64,000 bases of DNA from NCBI GenBank assembly GCA_900299405.1, contig OMJP01000025.1, forward strand, positions 3,017 through 67,016. Direction: 5' to 3'. The notes below the pieces were generated by a model. The model worked only from the letters and a program-made list of their open reading frames with translations, was not told the DNA's origin and searched no databases. The position numbers were made by a program, and so were the translations under genes. Positions within the stretch are counted from its first letter, which is position 1. Every line of letters starts with the position of its first letter. The stretch comes from a bacterium. GTDB taxonomy: Bacteria; Patescibacteriota; Microgenomatia; UBA1400; PJMF01. Positions 18,158 through 29,075 of this stretch are shown piece after piece.

Positions 18158-21100
18158 ATGTCTGATTTCGTCCATTTGCACGTTCACACCGAATACTCCA
18201 TGCTGGATGGTCTGTCCAAGATTCCTGACCTTTTGGAGCAAGTCAAAAAACATGGACAAAAAGCCGTCGCTCTGACTGATCATGGCGGGATGTACGGAGC
18301 AATTGCTTTTTATAACGCTTGCCGTGATAAAGGCATCAAGCCGATCGTCGGCTGCGAGCTGTACTTGGCAGAAAAATCTCGTAAAGACAAACAAACTAAA
18401 CTGGGTGACGATCAAGCTCACCTCACCGTCATTGCCCAAAACTACACCGGCTATAAAAACCTGATGAAACTAGTTTCGATAGCCAATTTGGAAGGTTTTT
18501 CCTATCGACCTAGAGTTGATGAAGAAGTTTTGGAAGAACTTAGTGAGGGTTTGATTGTGCTGAGCGGCTGCATGAACAGTGTCTTCAATAAATTATTGCG
18601 AGAAAAAAAAGATAAAACCGCGCTAAAAAAGATAAAAAAATACCAAAAAATATTCGGCGATCGTTTTTATATCGAGCTGCAAAATCATCCCAATGTGGCA
18701 GAACTCAAAGAGCTCAATGATAAATTAGTGAAAATCTCCCGTGACTTAAACATTCCTTTAGTAGCTACCAACGATGTCCATTACGTTCATGAGGAAGAAG
18801 CTGAGGGCCAAGACGCCTTGCTGTGTGTCCAAACTCGTAAATTAATCTCTGATGATAAACGGATGAAAATGATTGATACACCAGAGTTTTATCTCAAGTC
18901 TACTGAGGAAATGCAGGATCTGTTTGCTGATTATCCTGAAGCAGTCGAAAACACCGTCAAAATCGCCGAACGCTGTGACTTGGAAATTCCCACCGGTCAG
19001 CTAATCTTTCCTGAATTTCCTTTGCCCAAAGGCGAGACCGCAGAATCATGGCTGGAGAAAAAGGCTTATGAAGGACTAGACCAAAAATTTTCCCAGCGCA
19101 GCAAAGAACTCACCGAGAGAATTGATTACGAACTAGGCATCATCAATGATAAAGGTTATGCCACTTACTTTTTGATTACCCAGGATTTTGTTAACTGGGC
19201 CAAAGAACAAGGAATCGGTGTTGGTCCAGGTCGTGGCTCAGCTGCCGGGTCACTGGTTTCTTACTGTCTGGGAATTACGATGCTTAATCCGCTGGAGCAC
19301 GGCCTACCCTTTGAGCGGTTCCTAAACCCCGAGCGTCCCACGCCACCTGATGTTGATATCGATTTCGCTGATGACCGCCGTGAAGAAGTCATCGAGTACG
19401 TTGCCAATAAATATGGACATGATCACATCGCCCATGTGATTACTTTCGGACGGATGGAGGCCCGCGTGGCTGTTCGAGATATTGGTCGGGTGCTGGGTAT
19501 GCCCTATGAAGATCCTGACCGGATTGCCAAACTAATTCCCAATGTTCCTGGAAAAAAGACCAGCATTGCTTCAGCAATTCGCAGCGTACCTGATTTGGGA
19601 GAGTACTACAAACAACCGCGCTTCAAAAAACTTATGGACTTGGCACAGCAGGTAGAGGGCACCATTCGCCACAGCAGTGTTCACGCCGCAGCCATCGTGA
19701 TCGCCGACAAGCCTTTGCCAGAATATACCCCAATTCAGAAAGACAACCGCTCCGGAAAAATGATTACTCAGTACGACATGTATTCCTTGGACTGTAACAT
19801 CGATGACGACGCTATCGGTCTACTGAAATTCGACTTTTTGGGACTGCGCAACCTGTCGACTATCCAAACCGCGGTAAATCTAATCAAAAAATACCAAGGC
19901 AAAGAAATCGACATAGAAGAGTTACCTTTAGACGACAAAAAAACCTACGAATTGCTCTCTTCTGGAGAAACCACTGGTATTTTCCAGATGGAATCGGGCG
20001 GCATGAGAAGGGTAGCCAAAACCCTGCAGCCATCACAATTCTCTGATATTTCAGCTATTTTGGCCCTGTATCGCCCTGGTCCGATGGACCTGATTCCACG
20101 GTTTATCGAAGGCAAACACAATCCCAAAAGCGTGCAGTATCCTCACGAATCTTTGAAAGAAATTCTTGAAGAAACTTACGGCATCATGGTCTACCAAGAG
20201 CAGGTGTTGGAGATTGTGCATCATATGGCCGGCTACACCATGGGCGAGGCCGACAACTTGCGTCGCGCAATCGGTAAAAAGAAGCGCAAAATTCTCGACA
20301 AAAATCGTGACCGCTTTATCAAAGAATCAGTCAAAAAAGGTTACAAGAAAAATGTGGCCGAAAAAGTCTGGGGCTTTATCGAAGCCTTTGCCGACTACGG
20401 TTTCAACAAAGCTCACGCTGCCAGTTACGCCATGATTGCCTACCAAACCGCTTACCTCAAAGCCAATTATCCGGTGGAGTACATGGCTGCCTTAATGAGC
20501 GTCGAGTCGAATGCCACCTCGGTCACTCGTGACGAAAAAGTAGCAGTCGCTATCGAGGCCAGTAGAGACATCGGCATCAAAGTCTTGCCCCCTGACATCA
20601 ACCTATCAGACGAAACCTTTTCGATCGAAGAAAATAAAGAGTCTCTGGAGAACAAGGCTATTCGTTTCAGCATTGCCGCCATCAAAAACGTCGGCACTGC
20701 GGCTTTGGAAAACATCCTGGAAACCAGAAAAGAACTGGGCGGCGAATTTCACTCCTTTACCGAATTTGTCCACAAAACCGACGGTCGTAAGGTAAACAAG
20801 AAAGTTTTGGAAAGCCTAGTGCGCGTCGGCGCAATGGATTGTTTTGGCACTCGATCTAGTATGCTGGAAAACTTGGAATCAATTCGTCAAACAGCCGCTC
20901 AATTTCAATCAGACATCGATGGTCAGGACAACCTTTTTGCCAAAGTTTCATCCACTACTACGGCCATCAAGGACACTTTTCCGGAAATGAAAGAATATCC
21001 CGTCAAAGAGCTGCTGTCGTTCGAAAAAGAACTCTTGGGTATGTATTTGACTGATAATCCTCTGGCAGATCAGCTAGAGGAGGCCGCCAGTCGTTCCAAC

Positions 21101-21613
21101 AAAAACATTGCGGAACTAGACGAAAACCTACATCAAGACAAAAGTTTTCTTTTCGGTGGCGTACTGTCCAGGGTCAAGGTCACCAACACCAAAAAAAATG
21201 GTGACGAAATGGCCTTTGGCACTCTGCAAGACTCAACCGGCAGCATTGAGATCGTCTTTTTTCCCAAAATTTATGAGGATGCAAAAAACTTGATTCAACA
21301 AGATGGGGTAGTGCTGATCAAAGCCAGAGTACAACTCAGAGAAGACGAGCTCAAGCTGGTGGCAGAGAAGGTCAGTGCTCCTAGCGCTGACGAAAGTCGA
21401 CCCATCGCTGACAACGCCAAAGAAATATTCATTCCTCGCAAAACCGAAAAAGACACTTTAAAAAAACTAGGCCAACTACTCAAAAAACACCCTGGAGACA
21501 CCAAAGTGGCTGTCTTGATTCCCAACGGTGGTAAACCAGAGAGAATGGTGTTGCCTTATGGAGTGGCTTGGGACGACAAACTAGAAAAAGAAGTCCAAAA
21601 AGTATTACAATAG
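18158..21613 (+). CDS. dnaE: DNA polymerase III alpha subunit
   Basis: FVHLHVHTEYSMLDG PHP domain, GRGSAAGSLV, PDVDIDF, KFDFLGL, YGFNKAHA. Confidence 0.97.
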   Translation: MSDFVHLHVHTEYSMLDGLSKIPDLLEQVKKHGQKAVALTDHGGMYGAIAFYNACRDKGIKPIVGCELYLAEKSRKDKQTKLGDDQAHLTVIAQNYTGYKNLMKLVSIANLEGFSYRPRVDEEVLEELSEGLIVLSGCMNSVFNKLLREKKDKTALKKIKKYQKIFGDRFYIELQNHPNVAELKELNDKLVKISRDLNIPLVATNDVHYVHEEEAEGQDALLCVQTRKLISDDKRMKMIDTPEFYLKSTEEMQDLFADYPEAVENTVKIAERCDLEIPTGQLIFPEFPLPKGETAESWLEKKAYEGLDQKFSQRSKELTERIDYELGIINDKGYATYFLITQDFVNWAKEQGIGVGPGRGSAAGSLVSYCLGITMLNPLEHGLPFERFLNPERPTPPDVDIDFADDRREEVIEYVANKYGHDHIAHVITFGRMEARVAVRDIGRVLGMPYEDPDRIAKLIPNVPGKKTSIASAIRSVPDLGEYYKQPRFKKLMDLAQQVEGTIRHSSVHAAAIVIADKPLPEYTPIQKDNRSGKMITQYDMYSLDCNIDDDAIGLLKFDFLGLRNLSTIQTAVNLIKKYQGKEIDIEELPLDDKKTYELLSSGETTGIFQMESGGMRRVAKTLQPSQFSDISAILALYRPGPMDLIPRFIEGKHNPKSVQYPHESLKEILEETYGIMVYQEQVLEIVHHMAGYTMGEADNLRRAIGKKKRKILDKNRDRFIKESVKKGYKKNVAEKVWGFIEAFADYGFNKAHAASYAMIAYQTAYLKANYPVEYMAALMSVESNATSVTRDEKVAVAIEASRDIGIKVLPPDINLSDETFSIEENKESLENKAIRFSIAAIKNVGTAALENILETRKELGGEFHSFTEFVHKTDGRKVNKKVLESLVRVGAMDCFGTRSSMLENLESIRQTAAQFQSDIDGQDNLFAKVSSTTTAIKDTFPEMKEYPVKELLSFEKELLGMYLTDNPLADQLEEAASRSNKNIAELDENLHQDKSFLFGGVLSRVKVTNTKKNGDEMAFGTLQDSTGSIEIVFFPKIYEDAKNLIQQDGVVLIKARVQLREDELKLVAEKVSAPSADESRPIADNAKEIFIPRKTEKDTLKKLGQLLKKHPGDTKVAVLIPNGGKPERMVLPYGVAWDDKLEKEVQKVLQ

Positions 21614-21617
21614 CCCT

Positions 21618-22547
21618 ATGAGCCTGCCCAAATACGATTCCAACAAAGTTGCCATTATTGGCTGTGGGCGCGTCGGCATGTCGACTGCTTTTGCACTGCT
21701 GCTGCGCGGCATTCCCAATGAGTTACTACTGATCGACCGCTCTGAGGCAAAAATCAAGGGTGAGGAGCTCGATCTCGAGCATGGAATGTCTTTCCTAGGT
21801 CACGCCAGGGTCCATGCTTCAGAAAACTACGAAGATCTCAAAGACACTGACGTAGTAATTATTGCTGCTGGCTGTTCACAGAAGCCAGGTGATACTAGGC
21901 TAGATCTCACTGACGGTAACAAAAAAATCATCCAGGATGTTATTCCCAAAATCGTCAAGTACGCTCCCGAGGCAATCATTATCATCATCAGCAACCCCGT
22001 AGATATTTTGGTCTACGAAGCCTACAAAATCTCCGGCCTACCAAAAGGGCAAATTTTTGGCACCGGTACCACGCTTGATACATCGAGATTTCGCTTTCAT
22101 CTTTCGGAGTACTTGAAAGTCAGTCCCAAAAGCGTTCATGCCTATGTTCTTGGAGAACACGGTGATAGCTCTTTTCCAGCCATCAGTGGTGCGACTGTTG
22201 GCGGTCAAAGCTTGCTTTCGATGCCGAACATGACAGAAGAAAAAGCCAAAAATGCTTACCAAAAAACCAGAGACGCTGCCTACAAAATTATCGCCAGCAA
22301 AGGAGCAACTTATTATGCAATCGCGGTGGCAGCTTCAGATTTGGTGGAGGCGGTGCTCAGAAACGGCCAACAGGTTTTTCCGGTCTCGATTCCGCTGCAT
22401 AACTACTACGGTCACAGTGGTGTGGCACTGAGCGTACCCTGTATCGTTGGTCGTAGTGGAGTGGAGCAGACTATCGAGATCAAGCTTTCCTGGGAAGAAA
22501 AACAGCAACTGGAAAAATCAGTCAATACTTTAAAACAGTTTTTATAA
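21618..22547 (+). CDS. ldh: L-lactate dehydrogenase
   Basis: GCGRVG, QKPGDTRLDL, SNPVD, GTTLDTSR, GEHGDS, KGATYYAIA. Confidence 0.92.
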   Translation: MSLPKYDSNKVAIIGCGRVGMSTAFALLLRGIPNELLLIDRSEAKIKGEELDLEHGMSFLGHARVHASENYEDLKDTDVVIIAAGCSQKPGDTRLDLTDGNKKIIQDVIPKIVKYAPEAIIIIISNPVDILVYEAYKISGLPKGQIFGTGTTLDTSRFRFHLSEYLKVSPKSVHAYVLGEHGDSSFPAISGATVGGQSLLSMPNMTEEKAKNAYQKTRDAAYKIIASKGATYYAIAVAASDLVEAVLRNGQQVFPVSIPLHNYYGHSGVALSVPCIVGRSGVEQTIEIKLSWEEKQQLEKSVNTLKQFL

Positions 22548-23036
22548 ATAACTAACGTTCCAGTCTTTCACTGTTTCGTCGTCATTCATCGTCGCGTGAG
22601 CAAAAAAAGGAATCTTTCCGGAGGTAATATCTGGAAAACAGTGGTGCAGATCATCGACCAGTTCGTAATCGCTGGTCAGGACTTGGTCTTTGGGTAACCA
22701 AACTAACTGTCCTTCCGGATTCTCCATTCCTAGAGGGATTTCTTTGCTTGGCAGCTCTATCTTGAAAAAACACATCATCCAGTCATCTTCATAGCCGCCG
22801 GTCATTCTTACCACGCCAGCTAGCTTGATATCTTGTTCGTAAACCTCTAGCCCTGTTTCTTCTTTTGTTTCTCGAATGGCTGCTTCTAGAAAATTCTCTC
22901 CTGATTCTAGCTTGCCGCCAATACCGTTGAGCCGACCACTGTCTACCTTGTAATCAGTTTTTTTGGTGCGATGAACAAAGAGATAGTCGTCTCCGTGGTG
23001 CAAGAAGTTGGTAACTGAGTAAATAACTTTTTTCAT
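22542..23036 (-). CDS. NUDIX hydrolase (MutT-like)
   Basis: Nudix box GGKLESGENFLEAAIRETKEETGL; adjacent to mutM. Confidence 0.85.
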   Translation of the reverse strand: MKKVIYSVTNFLHHGDDYLFVHRTKKTDYKVDSGRLNGIGGKLESGENFLEAAIRETKEETGLEVYEQDIKLAGVVRMTGGYEDDWMMCFFKIELPSKEIPLGMENPEGQLVWLPKDQVLTSDYELVDDLHHCFPDITSGKIPFFAHATMNDDETVKDWNVSYL

Positions 23037-23885
23037 TTAGATTTGACACTGTGGGCAGAAAAAAGTTCCTCGCCCGCCGAGTTTAATTTTTTCGATTGTT
23101 GCGCCACAATTTTGGCATGCCTCACCATCTCGTCCATAAACCATTAATTTTTCCTGATAGCCGCCAGCCAAGCCATCAGCATCAACGTATTTACCGTCAA
23201 AAGTAGTACCTCCAGCTTCAATGCCTTCTTCGATCACTTGCTTGATGGTTTTGGTCAGCTTGTTCCATTCTTGTTTCGTAAGTGATTTGGCCTGGCGCTG
23301 GGGATGAATCCCGGCATAAAACAGAGCTTCACTGGCATAAATGTTTCCCACTCCAGAAAGCAGAGCGTTGTTCATGATGGCTTGCTTGATTGCCACACTA
23401 CGGTGACCCATAGATTTTTCGAGATATTCAGGAGTCACTTGGTCGGTGTTGGCATCTGGTCCATAGCGGTCAAATTCTTTTTCGATCGATTCCTGGTCCA
23501 GTTCCCGAATCCAGCCAAAAACACGCATATCGTTGAAAAACAGGGTAGAGCCATCCACAAAATCGATTACCACTCTGGTGTGCTTGCTGGGTAAGTCGCC
23601 AATCCAGTCACCAGTAGGGTGCCCGCCACCCACTTTAGTATCCTGACCCACAAACACCAGCTGCCCAGTCATTTTTAGGTGCACGAGCAGATCAGTATCA
23701 GTATCCAAGTGAATATGAATCATTTTTGCCCGACGAGAGACTTCAGCAATTGCCACATCTACCAAGCCTTTGGGCTTTCCCTGAAAACTCTTGTCGCGCA
23801 ACACCCGCACTCGCTTGATCTTTTTGCCCGGTAAAACCTCTGCCAAGCGGCGCACAACTGTCTCGACTTCAGGAAGCTCTGGCAC
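23037..23885 (-). CDS. mutM: Formamidopyrimidine-DNA glycosylase
   Basis: PELPEVET N-terminus, HLKMTG, GVGNIYASE, C-terminal zinc finger. Confidence 0.96.
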   Translation of the reverse strand: MPELPEVETVVRRLAEVLPGKKIKRVRVLRDKSFQGKPKGLVDVAIAEVSRRAKMIHIHLDTDTDLLVHLKMTGQLVFVGQDTKVGGGHPTGDWIGDLPSKHTRVVIDFVDGSTLFFNDMRVFGWIRELDQESIEKEFDRYGPDANTDQVTPEYLEKSMGHRSVAIKQAIMNNALLSGVGNIYASEALFYAGIHPQRQAKSLTKQEWNKLTKTIKQVIEEGIEAGGTTFDGKYVDADGLAGGYQEKLMVYGRDGEACQNCGATIEKIKLGGRGTFFCPQCQI

Positions 23886-24771
23886 CCTTAACCTCCTTTT
23901 TATTCACCGTCACCAGCCAGGCACCGACAAAAATTGGTAGCGAGCCCAGCAAAATATTAATCGTTAATTTTTCTCCTAGCAGTAAAAAGGCCATCAGTGA
24001 GCCTGCGATTGGCTGAAGAAAAGTCATCATTGAGGCAGGAAGCGGTCCACCAAATTTGAGAGCATACTGATATACGAGATAAACACCCATTCCTCCACCG
24101 ATACCAACAAATAGCAGTGAGATCCAAGTCATCATGTTCATGCCAGCAAACCAATCAGGATTGCTCAGTAAATCAGTCAAGGCAATTGGTGATAGAACTA
24201 AAGTAGTGAGTGCCACAAAAACAAAAGTAATAAACTGAACTGAGTGGTGCTCTTGGTGTTTTTTAATGAACAAGGAATACAAAGCAAAAGTTACCACGGC
24301 CGAAAATACCAAGAAATTACCCCATAGGGTTCCAGAATACTGGGTGGCTTGCTCCAAAGCAGGCAGACCGACCAAGAAAATGGCGCCAATCATTCCCAGT
24401 AATAATCCCCACGATTTACGAGTTGAAAGTTTTTGTTTGTAAATCAAATAACCAAATAGGGCTACTAAAATCGGAGTGAAAGCATACAAAAATCCTCCCA
24501 TAATAGCAGTCGTTTCTTTAACGCCAAAAGCAAACAACACTACGTTGGTGACTGGCAAAAAAGACAAAAGAATTAATTGCTTCAAATGGGCTTTATCGAT
24601 TTTTTTCAGCGAAATAAAAGGCAAAAGACAAATGGTAGATAGGAGAAACCTCAAAAAAGTAAAAGTGAGAGGGGGAATAACCAGTACGCCTACTTTGACA
24701 AACACTCCGGTGCTACCACCAAGGAAAGCAGCTAACAGTAGAGCCCACAGTGCTTTTTGCTGATTGGTCAT
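23869..24771 (-). CDS. DMT/EamA family transporter
   Basis: About 10 TM helices in two EamA repeats. Confidence 0.88.
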   Translation of the reverse strand: MTNQQKALWALLLAAFLGGSTGVFVKVGVLVIPPLTFTFLRFLLSTICLLPFISLKKIDKAHLKQLILLSFLPVTNVVLFAFGVKETTAIMGGFLYAFTPILVALFGYLIYKQKLSTRKSWGLLLGMIGAIFLVGLPALEQATQYSGTLWGNFLVFSAVVTFALYSLFIKKHQEHHSVQFITFVFVALTTLVLSPIALTDLLSNPDWFAGMNMMTWISLLFVGIGGGMGVYLVYQYALKFGGPLPASMMTFLQPIAGSLMAFLLLGEKLTINILLGSLPIFVGAWLVTVNKKEVKGARAS

Positions 24772-24773
24772 TA

Positions 24774-27737
24774 TTAACCTTTATGCTCAGGTGCATTAAT
24801 CAGCCCACATTTCTTATATTTCAGGCCACTGCCGCAAGGGCAGGGGTCGTTTCTGCCGATTTTTGCCTTCTTAGAGCCTGGGTTTCGACCACCGCCAGCC
24901 TTAGCTGATCCTAAAGCCTGAGCCATGTCTGCTAGATTACCAGACTTAGTTTTTGGTGCTGCGGCAGGGGATGGAGGAGTGGCATCAGCCACTTCTTTGG
25001 CGATCGGTTCGTTGATGTCTTCTTTTTTGAGCTCGATGTTTTCTGGAACTCTGGGCTGTACTGGCTGCTGCACTGGGTGTACGCGGAAAATTCGACGAGC
25101 GATAGTGGCATCAATAGAATCAATCAAGCTTTCAAAAAGACCAAAGGCTTCTTTTTTGTACTCTGAAAGCACCGTGCGTTTATCACCGCGCAACCAGATG
25201 CCCTCACGCAGACTCTCCACCTCGTCCAAATGATCCATCCATTTTTCATCTACCGTAGAGAGAATCGTGAGCCTCTCAGCTACTCTCATTTGCTCTTTAC
25301 CCAGCACTTCCTCACGAGAGCGATAAAGCTTGTCAGCCACCTCCTGTAGTCGGTCAATGATTTTTTCTGAATCTCCTAGTTCTTTGAGCTCTTTGGTCAG
25401 TTTTTTCTGTGAGGCGTCATCAAAAGGAATGATCATCACAAAATCTTTAACCAAAGTATCATATTCATCTTCTTCCAAACCTTCGGCAGCCCATTTGTTC
25501 ACAATGGCGGAAATCTCATCATCTACAAAACCTTGAATCTGTTCTTTGAGCGGCAGATCCAGCACCTCTTCATCTTTGGCTTCTGCTTCAGCTTGCTCCA
25601 GTAATCGGCGACGTCTGCTATAAATAATCTCGCGATGTTTGTTCATCACGTCATCAAATTCGACCAGGCGTTTACGCTGATCGAAGAAAAAGCCTTCCAC
25701 CTTAACCTGAGCTGATTCGATGGATTTGCTCACCATTTGGTGCTCGATCGGTTGATCTTCTTCGATTTTCAGCAGATCCATGACCTTGGCAATCTGCTCG
25801 CCACCAAAAATGCGCATGATTTCGTCATCCAGAGACACAAAGAATTGTGAAGAACCAGGATCTCCCTGGCGACCAGCACGACCGCGCAGCTGATTGTCAA
25901 TCCGGCGAGACTCGTGGCGCTCGGTACCGATGATGTGCAGCCCGCCCAGCTCTACCACTTCGTCGTGAGCTTTTTGCCATTTCTCCAGAGCCTTGGAATA
26001 TTCAGCCAACTTATAGTTGTTGGGATTGATATTGGTCGGCAGATTGAGATCTTGGTATTTTTTGGGCAAGGCCTTCTTAGTCTTGGTGGTTTGTTTTTTG
26101 CGATAATCTTTTAGTTCTGGCTTGGAGCCACCCAAAACAATGTCAACTCCACGGCCAGCAATGTTCGTCGCTACGGTGATGGCACCTTTTTTACCAGCAT
26201 CAGCGATGATAAAAGCTTCTCGCTCGTTGTTTTTCGCATTCAGGACTTGGTGTTTGATTTTTTTGCGATTTAAAAAGTCCGCCACGATTTGGTTGTGTTC
26301 AATCGATCGCGTACCAACCAAAATCGGCCGGCCTTTTTCATGCAACCGCTCGATTTCCTTGACGATTGCCGAATATTTCGCCGCAGTAGTTTTGTAAACC
26401 ACATCAGATCTATCGTCACGAACCACCGGCTTGTTCGTAGGAATATCGAGCACATCGACGTGGTAAATCTGATTGAATTCTTCTGCTTCGGTAACCGCGG
26501 TACCGGTCATGCCTGCTAGTTTGTCGTAAAGTCGGAAATAGTTCTGGATCGAGATGGTGGCCAAAGTGCGGGATTCCTGCTGAATCGAGACGCCCTCTTT
26601 GGCCTCAATTGCCTGATGCAAGCCATCTGAATAGCGCCTGCCATACATCAGCCGACCAGTATGCTCGTCCACAATCACTACCTGACCTTCACGAACGATG
26701 TATTCTTTGTCACGACGATAGAGCGTCATAGCCTTGAGGGCTGACTCGACGTGGTGAATAGTCTCGAAACTTTCTTCATAAAGATTTTTGACGCCCAGTT
26801 TTTGCTCTATTCTCTTCACTCCCAAATCAGTCAGCGTGGCGGATTTAGATTTTTCATCAACCACATAGTCCTGATCCTTGGTCAGCGATTTCACCATGTG
26901 AGCTGATTCGTGATATTTGTCGGTGGGCTCAGAATCGGGAGCGGAAATAATCAGAGGAGTACGAGCTTCGTCGATCAAAATCGAGTCAGCCTCGTCAACA
27001 ATCGCAAAGTGATGGGGATGGTTTTGGCGCTGCACCATTCGATCAAGGTTTTGCACCATGTTGTCGCGCAAGTAATCAAAGCCAAACTCGTTATTGGTGC
27101 CATAGGTAACGTCAGCCAGATAGGCTTCTTTGCGAGGAATCTCCACAAAGTGTTCCAGACGTTCGTCACCACGATCTTCGCTATCGACACTGGGATCGTA
27201 AAGCCTCGCATGGTCATGAACAATCACTGCTGATTTCAAACCTAAAAAGTCATAAACCGGGCCCATCCAGCCCACACCAATTTCCGCTAAGTAATCATTC
27301 ACCGTTACCAAATGAGCTCCCTTGCCCAGCAGGGCGTTGAGGTAGAGCGGAGCAGTAACCGTCAGGGTTTTTCCTTCTCCAGTGCGCTGCTCAGTGACAT
27401 TGCTGTGATGCAAAGCAATGCCGGCCAGCAGCTGCACGTCGTAGTGACGCATGCCCAAGACTCGACGAGAAACTTCTCTCACAGTCGCAAAGGCTTCTGG
27501 CAGCAATTCATTCAGGATGTTCTTCTCTGCCTGTTCCATGGCCTCGGCATTGCCGGGCTCTACTTGCGCTCTGACCTTGTCGATTTGGTCACGGAATTTA
27601 TCTGTCTGGGAGGCTAGCTGAGTATCGGTGAGTTTTTTGAGCTTTGGCTCCAAATCATTAATCTGATCAACAGCCTTTTGGTACTCATTCAATTTACGCT
27701 TATTTTCATCAAAAAGATTGGAAAGAAACTTCAACAT
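24774..27737 (-). CDS. secA: Preprotein translocase ATPase SecA
   Basis: TGEGKTL, IVDEADSILIDEARTPL, QLRGRAGRQGDPG, GRNDPCPCGSGLKYKKC. Confidence 0.97.
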   Translation of the reverse strand: MLKFLSNLFDENKRKLNEYQKAVDQINDLEPKLKKLTDTQLASQTDKFRDQIDKVRAQVEPGNAEAMEQAEKNILNELLPEAFATVREVSRRVLGMRHYDVQLLAGIALHHSNVTEQRTGEGKTLTVTAPLYLNALLGKGAHLVTVNDYLAEIGVGWMGPVYDFLGLKSAVIVHDHARLYDPSVDSEDRGDERLEHFVEIPRKEAYLADVTYGTNNEFGFDYLRDNMVQNLDRMVQRQNHPHHFAIVDEADSILIDEARTPLIISAPDSEPTDKYHESAHMVKSLTKDQDYVVDEKSKSATLTDLGVKRIEQKLGVKNLYEESFETIHHVESALKAMTLYRRDKEYIVREGQVVIVDEHTGRLMYGRRYSDGLHQAIEAKEGVSIQQESRTLATISIQNYFRLYDKLAGMTGTAVTEAEEFNQIYHVDVLDIPTNKPVVRDDRSDVVYKTTAAKYSAIVKEIERLHEKGRPILVGTRSIEHNQIVADFLNRKKIKHQVLNAKNNEREAFIIADAGKKGAITVATNIAGRGVDIVLGGSKPELKDYRKKQTTKTKKALPKKYQDLNLPTNINPNNYKLAEYSKALEKWQKAHDEVVELGGLHIIGTERHESRRIDNQLRGRAGRQGDPGSSQFFVSLDDEIMRIFGGEQIAKVMDLLKIEEDQPIEHQMVSKSIESAQVKVEGFFFDQRKRLVEFDDVMNKHREIIYSRRRRLLEQAEAEAKDEEVLDLPLKEQIQGFVDDEISAIVNKWAAEGLEEDEYDTLVKDFVMIIPFDDASQKKLTKELKELGDSEKIIDRLQEVADKLYRSREEVLGKEQMRVAERLTILSTVDEKWMDHLDEVESLREGIWLRGDKRTVLSEYKKEAFGLFESLIDSIDATIARRIFRVHPVQQPVQPRVPENIELKKEDINEPIAKEVADATPPSPAAAPKTKSGNLADMAQALGSAKAGGGRNPGSKKAKIGRNDPCPCGSGLKYKKCGLINAPEHKG

Positions 27738-27801
27738 AGAGAATTTATTATAGAACAACTCAGGGTTTTTTTCAGGCGAGATAGCTTACAAATCAGACCA
27801 G

Positions 27802-29073
27802 CTAATCAATTTTTTCTTTGCCAAGATATTTTTGCAAAACCTCGGGAACAGCTATCGAGCCGTCGGCCTGCTGGTAGTTTTCCACGATCGCTGCCACCAG
27901 GCGGGGAGAGGCGGCCACGGTGTTGTTGAGGGTATAAACATATTTCAAGCTGCCGTCTTGGGCTTGGTAGCGAATGTTGAGCCTTCTTGATTGAAAATCA
28001 TTAAAGTAGCTAGCAGAATGAGTCTCACGGTATTTGTCTTGGGCGGGGAACCAGGTTTCGACGTCATATTTTTTGCGCTGACCAGCTCCCATATCTCCAG
28101 TGCACATTAGTAGCACCTGATAGGGAAGTCCCAAGCCTTGCAGTAACTCTTCTGAGAAACCGAGCATTTGATCATGCCATTTTCTGGTTTCTGCTTCGTC
28201 GGCCACAGTGTAAACCACTTGTTCGACTTTATTGAATTGGTGGACCCGAATCACTCCTTGGGTGTCTTTGCCATAAGATCCGACTTCGCGACGGAAGCAG
28301 GGAGAAATACCGGTTAGTTTGATCGGTAAATCTTTTTCCGCCAGAGTTTCTCCGGCATGGTAGGCGGTTAGGGCTACCTCTGAAGTTCCCGTGAGATAAG
28401 TGCCGTCCTGGGTGACGTAATGATCTTCTTTACCCCAGGGAAAGTAGCCTGTGCCCACCAGCATCTCTTGGTTCACTAGCACTGGTGCATTCATGGGAGT
28501 AAAGCCATGTTTCACCATCAAATCTAAAGCATAATCCATCAGCGCTCTCTCCAGCAACAAGCCATCATTTTTCAAAAAATATCCCCGAAAACCAGCGATT
28601 TTTACTCCACGCTCGGTGTCGAGCATGTCCAGGGATTCCATCAGTTCATGGTGTTGTTTGGGTTCGAAATCAAACTTCGGCAGCTGCCCCTCGGTTCGAG
28701 CTACTTGATTGCCTGATTCATCTGCTCCCACTGGCACGTCATCGGCTGGAGGGTTGGGGATAGCGAGCATTAGTTGGGTAAAATTCTCTTCCAACTCCCT
28801 CAATTGCGGCTCTAGCTGTTTGAGCTGATCTTTGATTTTTTTACCCTTAGCAACTAGCTCCGCGGCTGGCTTACCACCTTCGCTGACTTGCTTTTTAACT
28901 TCATCAGCATTGTTGTTTGCCTGGCTACGCAACTCCTGAACCTGAGTGATTAATTCACGGCGCTGCTCGTCAACTTTGAGTAACTGATCAACGACCTGAG
29001 CATCAAGCTGTTTGTCCTGGCAAGCTTGTTTTAACTGGTCTGCATGGTCGCGAATGTAATTGATGTCCAACAT
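27802..29073 (-). CDS. serS: Serine--tRNA ligase
   Basis: MLDINYIR, GTSEV, CFRREVG, HQFNKVEQ, TLNNT. Confidence 0.96.
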   Translation of the reverse strand: MLDINYIRDHADQLKQACQDKQLDAQVVDQLLKVDEQRRELITQVQELRSQANNNADEVKKQVSEGGKPAAELVAKGKKIKDQLKQLEPQLRELEENFTQLMLAIPNPPADDVPVGADESGNQVARTEGQLPKFDFEPKQHHELMESLDMLDTERGVKIAGFRGYFLKNDGLLLERALMDYALDLMVKHGFTPMNAPVLVNQEMLVGTGYFPWGKEDHYVTQDGTYLTGTSEVALTAYHAGETLAEKDLPIKLTGISPCFRREVGSYGKDTQGVIRVHQFNKVEQVVYTVADEAETRKWHDQMLGFSEELLQGLGLPYQVLLMCTGDMGAGQRKKYDVETWFPAQDKYRETHSASYFNDFQSRRLNIRYQAQDGSLKYVYTLNNTVAASPRLVAAIVENYQQADGSIAVPEVLQKYLGKEKID

Positions 29074-29075
29074 AA

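Noticed and set aside
22542-22547. Abutting convergent stop codons ldh/NUDIX (also lexA/PduO overlap)
   Set aside because: Common in compact genomes; no further signal.
25980-26130. Insertion in SecA as a possible intein
   Set aside because: Short, located at the variable subdomain of NBD2, and lacks intein splice motifs.
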